A stretch of 64,000 nucleotides of DNA from Octopus bimaculoides. Lineage: Eukaryota. The notes under the pieces were generated by a model. It ran no database searches. It worked only from the letters and a program-made list of their open reading frames with translations, and was not told the DNA's origin. The translations under genes and the position numbers were made by a program. This document shows positions 52,441-64,000 of the stretch, in pieces. The stretch's first letter is position 1. Every line of letters begins with the position of its first letter. The stretch covers positions 40,123,659-40,187,658 of the forward strand of contig NC_068995.1 in NCBI RefSeq assembly GCF_001194135.2, given 5' to 3'.

Positions 52441-52631
52441 GCTATCTCCCAGTCATAATCTGGCTCATATTTTTATATTTTTCAAATGATTTCATTTTGG
52501 GATGAGAGATCACATTCTCTTTTCATTTTATGCAAAATGTCAAATTTAACCCAAGCACCATGTATATTTATGTGTGTGTGTGTGTGTGTATGTATGTACC
52601 TACGTACGTATGTATGTATGTATGTATGTAT

Positions 52632-53018
52632 GTTGTTGGTACTACGTCGCTTACGACGTCGAGGGTTCCAGTTGATCCGATCAACGGAAAAGCCTGCTCA
52701 TAAAATTAACGTAAAAGTGGCTGAGCACTCCACAGACATGTATACCCTTAACGTAGTTCTCGGGGGAGATTCAGCGTGACACAGATTGTGACAAGGCTGA
52801 CCCTTTGAATTACAGGCACAACAGAAACAGGAAGTAAGAGTGAGAGAAAGTTGTGGTGAAAGAGTACAGCAGGGTTCGCTACCATCCTCTTCCGGATCCT
52901 CGTGGAGCTTTAGGTGTTTTCGCTCAATAAACACTCACAACGCCCGGTCTGGGAATCGAAACCGCGATCCTATGACCGCGAGTCCGCTGCCCTAACCACT
53001 GGGCCATTGCGCCTCCAC
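52632..53018 (-). mobile_element. SINE family A, full length
   Basis: Reverse complement of the whole family A consensus, ending CATTGCGCCTCCAC. Confidence 0.9.
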
Positions 53019-53306
53019 TGTTGAACTAAATCACAGAAATAATTGTCAAATATTCTGAAGTTGTCTCCCTTCCACTTGTAGGTGAAATTTTAACAAATTT
53101 TATTTGATCTATTACACAAAGCGTATCAGCACGGATCTTACAAATTAACTGAGATAGGTTGTATGGAGAACGATGCAGTCTGTATTTAATCTAGGGAGCT
53201 TGTTATAGATTAATTGATCTATTTAGCCTATATAATTGTTAAATTTATTTAAATGTTAAAAATGCTAATAAAGCTAAATGAAGAAGCAAAACGAAACGTT
53301 ACTTAC

Positions 53307-53504
53307 TGCGGCAACTATTGCAGTTTGATATCCCACCATGAAGCGCATGGTAGCGTACAATATCGCTGAAGGCGAGATTCTCGGGTGTCCAGTAAGTGAA
53401 AGGGTTATAGGTCAGTTGAAGTTGACAGCATTCATCCTTCGTCATATTCATTTGGTAAGTTATCGTACATACATCACGAATTCGATGTAACCAACATATT
53501 CCAC
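53307..53504 (-). CDS. FST: Follistatin N-terminal (TB-like) domain exon
   Basis: TTTTAG|GT..CGC A|GTAAGT, 198 bp, phase 1-1. GICW..C..Y..MTKDECC...YWT.E...HGG..NC..C matches vertebrate GNCW..KEECC..SWTEE..NGGAPNCIPC. Confidence 0.93.
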
Positions 53505-53857
53505 CTAAAATTTGAAAACAAAACAAAAACAACAAAAATCAAGTATCTACTGCAAGCAAACATGCACAGAAATAGACTCACGACCTAATAAATAAAGGAA
53601 TATTAACGAAATATTAACGAATATTAACGAGTAGCATATTACCACGGTACATAAATACACTGCTTTTGAGATTTAAGGTACTTTGAAGGAATGAATGTTA
53701 CTCATGGTTAGGATATGGGGTGAGGATATGGGGTGAGGATATAATGAAAAGAAGTTCTACATAGTTGTTTGATTAGCAGGAGATAGTAGCCAAACCTACC
53801 TCAAAAATTATTCCCTTGTGTTTTAAGTAAGGAACGGGCGTATGTGATAACGCAGTT

Positions 53858-53962
53858 TAAAAAGAAATGAGCCTCTAAAAAGAAATGAGCCTCTAAAAAG
53901 AAATGAGCCTCTAAAAAGAAATGAGCCTCTAAAAAGAAATGAGCCTCTAAAAAGAAATGAGC
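53858..53962. repeat. Perfect 18-bp tandem repeat TAAAAAGAAATGAGCCTC x5.8
   Basis: Directly visible; generates the EAHFFL-repeat ORF. Confidence 0.95.
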
Positions 53963-55552
53963 GTCATAGCTAGAATGGTTGATCATATATATCTACTTCA
54001 TTAGGATTTATTTAGGACAAAGTAGCAAAACGATGTGATTCTGTCGGTCTGTAGAGTAGCACCCAAACAACTCCCGCTAACAGAAGCATTATTTTATGGG
54101 TAAGCCAGAGGAAGAAGAGCAGCTCTCACAACCCTGGGGCTGATGGGAGGAAGGAATGATAGATTCTGCTATAGGTGGCCAAGGACTAAATAAAGGTGCT
54201 AAAGGAGAGGACAAATTAAATCTATCAACTTGAACATAAGCTTTGGAAGACGCTATGCTAAGAGATGCTTGTCCAAGGTACTGGCTGTGCGATCAAACTA
54301 AAATTTCGAAGTTGCAAAATGAACTTCTTGACCACACAGACACTCCTGTACTTATACTTCGTATAACAGTAACAGTAATCTTGTAGCATCTATTCAATAA
54401 CTGGAGCACTGGTGCAGGCCGAGTGTTCGTATAATGATTCAAGATTGTAAAAAAAAAAAAAAAAAAAATGAACGGTGCTTTACCCAGTTTCCTGACCCAC
54501 GTTCAGGAGAATTGAACTCGGCTCGAAAAATATAACGAAACGCTCGTCAGTTTTAGAGTACCACTGCCAATAACGGGACTGAACTGTTTTACTACATTTG
54601 TGTTGAAGAATGTCTTGCTGCCTGAACTCTAATGAATCACTGAAAATAAAGATTCGCAACCATAATTATTTAATTTCGTGGTGAAATTCGAAGCTCGATG
54701 GTCGTTTTGAAGACTTGAAATAAAAATCAAACTGAACTGTTTTATTGCCATTTAGCAATTCATTAGGATTCATTCACCTTATTAAGATTCCAAAGCATAA
54801 AGGGAGCGAATACTATACAATGAAAGCGAACAGTTCAGTCGTTATCCCAAACAACCGTATAGGCCCTCTGCCTAACATTAGAACGTCTGCCTAACATTAG
54901 AACGAGGCTAACCTGTATGGATGTAACTCGGTATAGTTGTTTATTCATCAGCCACGTTGTACTGATGCACAAATAACTTTAAATCTAAGCCAATTAGATT
55001 TGTTGTTTGTTGTAGTTATCCGTGGGAAACTGCTCAATCAGACACGTGAGACGTCAACTGTATTATAAGGTGTGATTCACAGATTTAGTGTTCCGACGAT
55101 GAAGTTGATTGATAAGTGGATTCAGTGATTTGATAATCTTAATACTGAACAAAAACAATCACAGATTACTGAATAAGAAGAGTTTTTAGGAGGTTCTCTT
55201 AGGTGACAACAGTTCAAATCTGGACGCCGTCACTGAATCGTATTCGATGGTTGAAGCATTGAATCGCCAGTATGACAGTTGGCTGAGTTATTGATGTTGT
55301 GGTGGTTGCTTCGCCCCTGATTGGCTCTCATTATATATCATCCTTGATCAAAGGTGTCCATGCCTGATTTTTAAGAGAGTCATGTGTGATTTAGAAGGTA
55401 TTTGGAACATTCAACAACATCACGAGAAACTTAAAACAACAACAAAAAAAATGCAAATAATAAGCACTTAATTCACTGTTTTTTTTGTGTTGGCATTTCA
55501 CCTAGTCGATTAAACTTTATTTTTCCGATCAAGAAACCAGTAAAGATTGTCT

Positions 55553-55591
<39 letters not shown>

Positions 55592-55829
55592 CGTACGCCC
55601 ACACAAAAAAGAAGTAATGCAGAAAAAGCAAACTAAAATGTGCGAGACATAATGCAAGGGAGATTACTTTGATTGACTTATGTATAAAGGGAGGTAAATA
55701 TATAAACATTATTGAAATGACGTTATTTGGTGATACTGATATTTGTATAAAGTTACAGCCACCATTGCCACCACCGCTGCTACCGCTGTAATGACGACAA
55801 CGACCACGACCACGACCTCGACCACCATG

Positions 55830-55865
<36 letters not shown>

Positions 55866-57039
55866 GCTGCTACTACTGCTGCTGCTGCTGCTGTTGCTGC
55901 TACTGCCAAGGCCGAAGAGGATTTCCAATTCTTTTTCGAAATGTAAAACTTTTGTAATTCCGTAGTAGTAGTAGTAGTAGTGGTGGTGGTGGTGGTGGTG
56001 GTGGTGGTGGTGGCGGCAGCAGTAGCAGAGCTGCCAGCTAAACAAACAGCTAATACTGACAGCTTTCGTGTAAATGTCAATAAACAAGATGTCTGTCTGT
56101 CTATCTGCTTGTCTGCTTATCTGCTTGTCTNNNNNNNNNNNNNNNNNNNNNNNNNNNNNNNNNNNNNNNNNNNNNNNNNNNNNNNNNNNNNNNNNNNNNN
56201 NNNNNNNNNNNNNNNNNNNNNNNNNNNNNNNNNNNNNNNNNNNNNNNNNNNNNNNNNNNNNNNNNNNNNNNNNNNNNNNNNNNNNNNNNNNNNNNNNNNN
56301 NNNNNNNNNNNNNNNNNNNNNNNNNNNNNNNNNNNNNNNNNNNNNNNNNNNNNNNNNNNNNNNNNNNNNNNNNNNNNNNNNNNNNNNNNNNNNNNNNNTC
56401 CTCCGATGATGGAAACAGGCAGCGAACGCGCTGTTTTCCGATTGGCTGAAAATTCTGAAACTTATCAAATTTGAACACCTGTAACATTTTCGCAATTTTT
56501 TTCTGGAATAAATGAATGCGAAATTCGAATTCAGCGTCAAAAATTACATCTGTATGATACATTAAATTTTTTTTTTAAAGGTAATTGTAAACAGTTCCGA
56601 AATCCATAAAGATCCGTCATTAGATTAATGGTTAATTTATTTTTCAAAGAATTGAGGACGCAGCGCTGAAATTTTAATTCATTAATATCAAAATAAAATG
56701 AATACGGTATAGCAAGGAAAGTAATCCTGGTTTTGTCAGTAAAATAGAGGTGGTCTTGTTAGAGATCTTCAATGAAGTACCGTTCTTTACTAAAAGGTAT
56801 AGACTGTTTAGCAATAATAAGCTTCTAATTATCGCTTCCAACACTACAACCCTACTATATTCTATTATAATATACCGATTGTTCTCCTGTTGCAATATCT
56901 CTATACTTCATTATTTAAGACATGCCTTAATCTTCGTGAAAAACATCAAGTTATCGTTTATTCTCCACAAGTATTGATTATAAACTCTTGTGACAGAATA
57001 ATGAATCGGGTGGTATTTAGAATTGTTTTACTTTATTTG

Positions 57040-57427
57040 GTGGAGGCGCAATGGCCCAGTGGTTAGGGCAGCGGACTCGCGGTCATAGGATCGCAGTTTC
57101 GATTCCCAGACCGGGCGTTGTGAGTGTTTATTGAGAGAAAACACCTAAAGCTCCACGAGGCTCCGGCAGGAGATGGTGACGAACCCTGCTGTACTCTTTC
57201 ACCACAACTTTCTCTCGCTCTTACTTCCTGTTTCTGTTGTGCCTGTAATTCAAAGGGTCAGCCTCGTCACACTGTGTCACGTTGAATATCCCCGAGAACT
57301 ACGTTAAGGGTACACGTGTCTGTGGCGTGCTCAGCCACTTGCACGTTAATTTCACGAGCAGGTTGTTCCGTTGATCGGATCAACTGGAACCCTCGACGTC
57401 GTAAGCGACGGAGTGCCAACAACAACA
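57040..57427 (+). mobile_element. SINE family A, full length
   Basis: Complete head to (CAA)n tail. Confidence 0.9.
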
Positions 57428-57745
57428 AGCGACAAAACTCTATTCGAAAACACTCCATCAACACCACAACTTTGTATTTGTATACACCTCTCATTTGTTC
57501 CGCAAACTTTCGTCTGATATCTCTGACTGCGATGATTGTTCTGTCTATAATGCAATATATGCGGAAATGTATCCCAGTTTGACTGTGTAATGAGACAGCA
57601 CACATCTAGCATTCTTTCATTACAGTTTAGGGAAGTCGGATGACAATATTTAATAAATACATTGCAATGTACTTCTTCCATCTTCGAGCTTGGAAAATCT
57701 GGGCATTATAGTCATGATTAAGTTCATTTCTTTATTGTTAGACAC

Positions 57746-58100
57746 TGTTGTTGGCACTCCGTCGCTTACGACGTCGAGGGTTCCAGTGGATCTGATCAAC
57801 GGAACAGCCTGCTCGTGAAATTAACGTGCAAGTGGCTGAGCGCTCCACAGACACGTGTACCCTTAACGTAGTTCTCGGGGATATTCAGCGTGACACGGCT
57901 GACCCTTTGAATTACAGGCACAACAGAAACAGGAAGTAAGAGTGAGAGAAAGTTGTGGTGGAAGAGTACAGCAGGGTTCGCCACCATCCCCTGCCGGAGC
58001 CTCGTGGAGCTTTAGGTGTTTTCGCTCAATAAACACTCACAACGCCCGGTCTGGGAATCGAAACGGCGATCCTATGACCGTGAGTCCACTGCCCTAACCN
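57746..58100 (-). mobile_element. SINE family A, head lost in a gap
   Basis: Reverse complement of family A from the (TTG)n tail up to the gap. Confidence 0.9.
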
Positions 58101-59122
58101 NNNNNNNNNNNNNNNNNNNNNNNNNNNNNNNNNNNNNNNNNNNNNNNNNNNNNNNNNNNNNNNNNNNNNNNNNNNNNNNNNNNNNNNNNNNNNNNNNNNN
58201 NNNNNNNNNNNNNNNNNNNNNNNNNNNNNNNNNNNNNNNNNNNNNNNNNNNNNNNNNNNNNNNNNNNNNNNNNNNNNNNNNNNNNNNNNNNNNNNNNNNN
58301 NNNNNNNNNNNNNNNNNNNNNNNNNNNNNNNNNNNNNNNNNNNNNNNNNNNNNNNNNNNNNNNNNNNNNNNNNNNNNNNNNNNNNNNNNNNNNNNNNNNN
58401 NNNNNNNNNNNNNNNNNNNNNNNNNNNNNNNNNNNNNNNNNNNNNNNNNNNNNNNNNNNNNNNNNNNNNNNNNNNNNNNNNNNNNNNNNNNNNNNNNNNN
58501 NNNNNNNNNNNNNNNNNNNNNNNNNNNNNNNNNNNNNNNNNNNNNNNNNNNNNNNNNNNNNNNNNNNNNNNNNNNNNNNNNNNNNNNNNNNNNNNNNNNN
58601 NNNNNNNNNNNNNNNNNNNNNNNNNNNNNNNNCGTGGAGAATGTTTTATACTTGAGAGAGTAAAGCAACAATTTTATGAATTTGGACTGTCTTCTCTGAG
58701 AAAAGACTTTAAAAAGAAAAAAAAAAGAAAAGAAATAGAAAAAAAAAGAAAGCCATCCATTGAAATCGAAATCGAGTGTTGTATTGTTCCATATTGAGTG
58801 ACGGAAAATAACGTAGTAGAGAAGAGAGAAGATTGACGACTCTTGTACAGAAGCGAAACACTCCAGTCTATCTAGAAATAGAAGCGCAAAAGCGTCAAAC
58901 ATGAGACCAATAATAACAATAACACCAGTAAAAATAGCAGCATTATAACAGCAACAACAATAGCAACAATAGAAATAACTAAAATAGCAGCAGCAGCAGC
59001 AGGAACGACAATAGCCACAACAATAGCCACAAAGGTGTCTAAGGACAGACTGTACATAATTCGGTGTATTGAATTAGCGATATGGGTGGGGTGGATTTTG
59101 AAAAGAAACATCTATGAAGGAG

Positions 59123-59178
<56 letters not shown>

Positions 59179-59834
59179 GGTAGTAGTAGTAGTAGTAGCA
59201 GCAGTAGTAGTAGTGGTGTTGGTCTTTGTTTCCTTCTCACCCTCACAGCAAATTGGAGGGTTATGATGAAATACTAGTTTGTTCGGGGTTTTTTTTTTGC
59301 TTTTCTTTTTTTATAAAACCACTACCACCACTACCACCACTACCATCACCAACACCACTACCTAAAAGAACAACAACAACAAAAATATGAATGATGAAAT
59401 GTTGCTCTTTGATATTTGCAAAATCGCCCTAAATGTAATTCATTTCGTTAATATCTCATTCATCGTTCCTGAAAAGGTAGAAGAATAAATAACTGGGCCA
59501 GATGTTTTAATCGACACTCCACCGATTCTCCGCCAAAGCCCTTATATGATGAAATATTGATTTGGTATTTGGGAGTAGAAATCAATATTTCAAATGTTAT
59601 GGTTACCATATAATCGTTTAAACCAGCGATTCCCAAACTTTTCGGGGCTGCCGCCCCCTTGACATCCAGGTCACATTCCTAACGACCCCACCTCCAACTA
59701 ACCATCACAAACATAGACCTCTTTCTCAAACAAATTCAAAGCAACTTTATTCCACAAATAAAACTTTACCGAATGAACCCTTTATTTTGTTGTTTTTACA
59801 TGAATCGCTACCCCATTATCGCCCCGCTTTTCTT

Positions 59835-60510
59835 CAACACCCCCTTTGTCTGTCCTTGTTTGTCCCCTCTATGTTTAGCCCCTTGGGGGCAATAAAGAAA
59901 TAAGAAACGTTAGCACGCCGGACGAAATGCATAGCGATATTTCGTCTGCCGTTTCGTTCTGAGTTCAAATTCCGCCGAGGTCGACTTTGCCTTTCATCCT
60001 TTCGGAGCCGATTAAATAAGTACCAGTTACGCACTAGGGTCGATGTAATCGACTTAATCCCTGTGTCTGTCCTTGCTTGTCCCCTCTGTGTTTAGCCCCT
60101 TGTAGGCAATAAGGAAATAAGAAACGTTAGAACACTGGGCGAAATGCTTAGCGATAGTTCGTCTGTCTTCACTGTGTGTCGATGTAATCAACTAACCCCT
60201 CTCCTGAACTTGCTGTCTTTGTACCAAAATATGAAACCAACAGTTCATCACCTCGCCGCACTTGGATGATGAAATATTCATACAAATTTCAAAATGAAAA
60301 TAAGATTTCTCACTGGTTTCAAATTTTGCGACATGATCAACAATTTTAGGAGAATGATAAGTCGATCATATCGACTCCAATATTCAACTAGTACTTATTT
60401 TATCGACCCCGAAAGGATGAAAGACAAAGTCGACCTCGGGGGAATTTAAACTCAGAACGTAAACACGGATAAAATGCCGCTAGCCATTTTGTCCGGCGTG
60501 CCAACTCGCT
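59835..60510. mobile_element. Cluster of SINE family C pieces in both orientations
   Basis: + copies at ~59885-60060 and ~60120-60240; - copy at ~60310-60510. Confidence 0.7.
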
Positions 60511-60618
60511 GCCTTAAAATAAAAAGATTTCATGCTAAAAAGACTATCAATTCTTTCTATATTTTTCCCCTTTTTACTGTTCTAATTTGTTTTATATATA
60601 TATATACACACACACACA

Positions 60619-60735
60619 TGAAGTGGTGCTGAAATGTTCCTGGCTTTAAGGGTATCGCGAAACTCCTGGTTGGAGGTCCAACCTTCTGAGTTCTTTCATC
60701 ACGGGGCTTAGAAACGAAACTGAAAAGTTGAGGAA
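60619..60735 (+). mobile_element. Mariner-type non-autonomous fragment
   Basis: TGAAGTGGTGCTGAAATGTTCCTGGCTTT resembles a mariner TIR end. Confidence 0.4.
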
Positions 60736-61218
60736 AAGAAAATCTCATACAAAATAAAACTAAATGGAATATATGGGAAATTAAAAGAACTGTATACTTT
60801 AAAAGTCGATAAAACACAAGGGTATTAATGAATATTAGAATTGTTATAACAATCATTGTCTTTGTTTATATAAACATGTATAAGAAAAATAATTGCGATT
60901 GTAACTGAAACTCAGTTGATTGAGAATTTACCAACGACACTACGGGATGCAAAGCTATCCAGTCTTTTCAAAAATCGAATCCCTTTACAAATACATAAGC
61001 ATCGGTATTACTAATGCTAGTCCCTGGTTTCTGATCCGGGAACTAAACGAGATATTACTCTCTCTCTCTATGGGTAGGAAACTAATTTAGATAAAACAAC
61101 TTTTCCGAAAAGCCTCATGCCGATCTCTTATATTTAACTACAGCTCAACAAGAGAAATATTTGGTGTCCAGCCATAGGCTCACAAAACTCCTAACGTAAT
61201 TCGGTGCCCTAGCCATAA

Positions 61219-61253
<35 letters not shown>

Positions 61254-61492
61254 NNNNNNNNNNNNNNNNNNNNNNNNNNNNNNNNNNNNNNNNNNNNNNN
61301 NNNNNNNNNNNNNNNNNNNNNNNNNNNNNNNNNNNNNNNNNNNNNNNNNNNNNNNNNNNNNNNNNNNNNNNNNNNNNNNNNNNNNNNNNNNNNNNNNNNN
61401 NNNNNNNNNNNNNNNNNNNNNNNNNNNNNNNNNNNNNNNNNNNNNNNNNNNNNNNNNNNNNNNNNNNNNNNNNNNNNNNNNNNNNNNNNNNN

Positions 61493-61529
<37 letters not shown>

Positions 61530-62164
61530 ACAAAACCCAACAGATCTAAACGTCCTATCTACAGATGCACTAAATCTCAACAGATCTAAGTACCGCAGCC
61601 ATTGACACTCAAAACTCCCAGAAATGTGTTTAGCACTTTTGTTTTTCACTTTCTTCTCGTTGATGTTAATATTTCGTTCAGAAGACTGAAACATCCGCGA
61701 CTCGTTTTAGGGACCACGAGACGGAGGATGAGTAGAATAAAAGGAGTAAGTTGCCTCCAGATCGGAGACCCGGCCAAAATAGGTTTAAATTGTGCAACGG
61801 ATCACATCTGTTGCCAAAACATTGGAGCAGTTTCTTGGATGGAATTCCAAACAGCTTCAGCTTAGCTTTGATTGTAACAAGTGCCACACCTTGTACCAAA
61901 GACGACATGCAGATAGATCGAACACGAAACTAGTTTCGAAGCGATCTTATTAACGACACAAGTATGACAGCTATATTTACATATGCCACTGGAGAAAGTC
62001 ATCAGTTTCTTCAACTTATGAAGAAGCCCTAGTGTTTCGTTCATTTCTTCATTCTGCCATTTTATTTGTCACTTCTTTTGGTTCATATGTTCCTTCAATC
62101 ATTCTTTATTCATTCGTTCATGTTTCCATTCAACCATATTTCTTTAATATTTCTTCTATTTGAA

Positions 62165-62940
62165 TAACCTCCTTGGAGAGCTTCCCAGGTAAAATCTACT
62201 CTGGGTGATTAGAAAAGAGAGGAAATTGTCGAGACCAAGCTTGCAAAAGAACGGTGTGGCTTCCGTCCTGGACACAGGTCGACTGACCAGATATTCACTT
62301 TACGGCAGGTCTTCGAGAAGAGGTAAGGCGGCGAACTGGCAGAATCGTTAGCACCGGGGAAATACCACTAGGCATTTCGTCCGTGTTTATGTTCTGAGTT
62401 TAAATGCCGCTGGGATTGGCTTTGCCTTTCATCCTTTCGAAGTCGACACAAGCCACTGGACATGCAGCGCAAGGTCTTACAGGAGGTTGGGATTAATAGG
62501 CAAGTTCTGGTTGCCGAGAAGTCCCTATACAAATACCCAAATGTTTGTGTTCGGATAAATGGTACGAAATCGAAATTTTTCCAAGTAGGGGTTGGATTTC
62601 AGCAGAGGTACGTATTGCCACCACCTCCCTTTTCCATAATTTTTATTGACTAGATTAACATACGCAGTCGTTGTAGAAGTGCTGTCACAATCGTTCGGTG
62701 TAAGATCGGCCGACTAATATTTGCAGACGACATGGTGGTAGCTGGCTCATCAGAGGGTAATCTCCAGCATGCAACGAGTGGATTCACTGCCGAGTGCTGC
62801 AAGGCAAGGATAAGAATTTGCGTTGCAAAGACTGACATTGGTCCTCTCAAAAACAGAAAATTCTTAGCCGTGCATTTTTGTGGGACATCACTGAAACAAG
62901 TGAAGTTGAAGTACCTTGGTGCTGTATTCACAAGTAGGGT
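62165..62940 (+). mobile_element. RTE-clade LINE RT relic, interrupted by a family C SINE (~62326-62450)
   Basis: ITSLESFPGKIYS, CGFRPG..STDQIFTLRQVFEK, VRING..S..FQVGVG, LIFADDMVV, KYLG. Confidence 0.85.
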
Positions 62941-62954
62941 TCGATATCAGTTGC

Positions 62955-63262
62955 CAACCAAAGCCTTGTGAGTGGATTTGGTAGACAGCAACTGAAAGAA
63001 GCCTGTCGTATATATGTATATATATATGTATGTGTATGTGTGTGTATATGTTTGTGTGTCTGTGTTTGTCCCCCAACATCGCTTGACAACCGATGCTGGT
63101 GTGTTTACGTCCCCGTAATCTAGCGGTTCGGATAAAGAGACCGATAGAATAAGTACTAGGCTTACAAAGAATAAGTCCTGGGTCGATTAGCTCAACTAAA
63201 GAAGGCGGTGCTCCAGCATGGTGACAGTCAAATGACTGAAACAAGTAAAAGAGTAAAAGAGT
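62955..63262 (+). mobile_element. SINE family D, 5'-truncated
   Basis: CCAAAGCCTTGTGAGTGGATTTGGTAGAC...CAGTCAAATGACTGAAACAAGTAAAAGAGTAAAAGAG. Confidence 0.85.
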
Positions 63263-63448
63263 AATCGTTAGTTCTACACCAGAAATTCTACGCCTAGCTT
63301 TCAGTTAAACACTATTTACATTGACTGCGAAGACACTGTTGCAATCTCAATTTGGTCGATTAACCAGGTAGAAATAGCGGCAAAAACCTTAATTAAATCA
63401 CACTTTGTATTTCTTTATCCTTTTGTTAAGACAGTAGATAACGTAGTT

Positions 63449-63835
63449 GTGGAGGCGCAATGGCCCAGTGGTTAGGGCAGCGGACTCGCGGTCATAGGAT
63501 CGCGGTTTCGATTCCCAGACCGGGCATTGTGAGTGTTTATTGAGCGAAAACTCCTAAAGCCCCACGAGGATCCAGCAGGGGATGGTGGCGAACCCTGCTG
63601 TATTCTTTCACCATTACTTTCTCTCACTCTTACTTCCTTTTTCCGTTGTGCCTGTAATTCAAAGGGTCAGCCTTGTCACACTGTGTCACGCTGAATATCC
63701 CTGAGAACTACGTTAAGGGTACACGTGTCTGTGGAGTGCTCAACCACTTGCACGTTAATTTCACGAGCAGGCTGTTCCGTTGATCGGATCAACTGGAACC
63801 CTCGACGTCGTAAGCGACGGAGTGCCAACAACAAC
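63449..63835 (+). mobile_element. SINE family A, full length
   Basis: Complete head to (CAA)n tail. Confidence 0.9.
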
Positions 63836-64000
63836 GAATAAAAAATGACAGGGGCACCGTTGTAGACCCTGGAAGAGGATTAACAGTTGTTTGCGTTGAA
63901 TGTTACACAAGTAAAGCGGTAGTAACAATAAAAAACAGTTTAGTCATAAGGCCAGCAATTTTGAGGTGGGGGAGGGCTTACTCGATATCATCGACTCGAC

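Noticed and set aside
53801-53986. ORF with EAHFFL repeats
   Set aside because: Translation of the 18-bp tandem repeat; no usable splice frame to follistatin (stop before the nearby donor).
55578-55720. Hydrophobic minus-strand stretch ISLALCLAHFSLLFLHYFFFVWA as the follistatin signal exon
   Set aside because: No phase-1 GT donor; the nearest donors are phase 0 or 2.

Overview
Eukaryotic, AT-rich, gap-riddled and microsatellite-rich DNA. The repeat families suggest a coleoid cephalopod, most likely Octopus (inference, not a database result). Two convergent protein-coding genes are supported. (1) On +, a two-exon type II membrane copper amine oxidase homologue (17401-19464 joined to 31711-31998, 783 aa). 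Its reading frame is intact, but it has lost the TPQ-precursor Tyr (NYDY->NRDY) and two of the three copper-ligand histidines (HxH->HQY; GFLH->GSYR), so it looks like a pseudoenzyme. (2) On -, a follistatin with an N-domain, three FS (EGF-like+Kazal) domains and a short tail (exons 53504-53307, 50979-50752, 45889-45665, 43761-43534, 39745-39675). Its signal-peptide exon was not found, and an identical partial second copy of the FS2 exon abuts a gap. Between the genes lies a 5'-truncated tRNA-Gly(GCC) + Pol III trailer + full-length U6 chimera flanked by an 8-bp direct repeat. The rest is several tRNA-derived SINE families (many with TSDs), relics of Tc1/mariner, Penelope-like, R4/Dong-like, RTE and CR1-like elements, palindromic hairpin elements, degenerate hammerhead-like motifs and microsatellites. 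Almost all short and X-containing ORFs in the track are artefacts. No CRISPR or prokaryotic features. Repeat boundaries are approximate unless a TSD is quoted.
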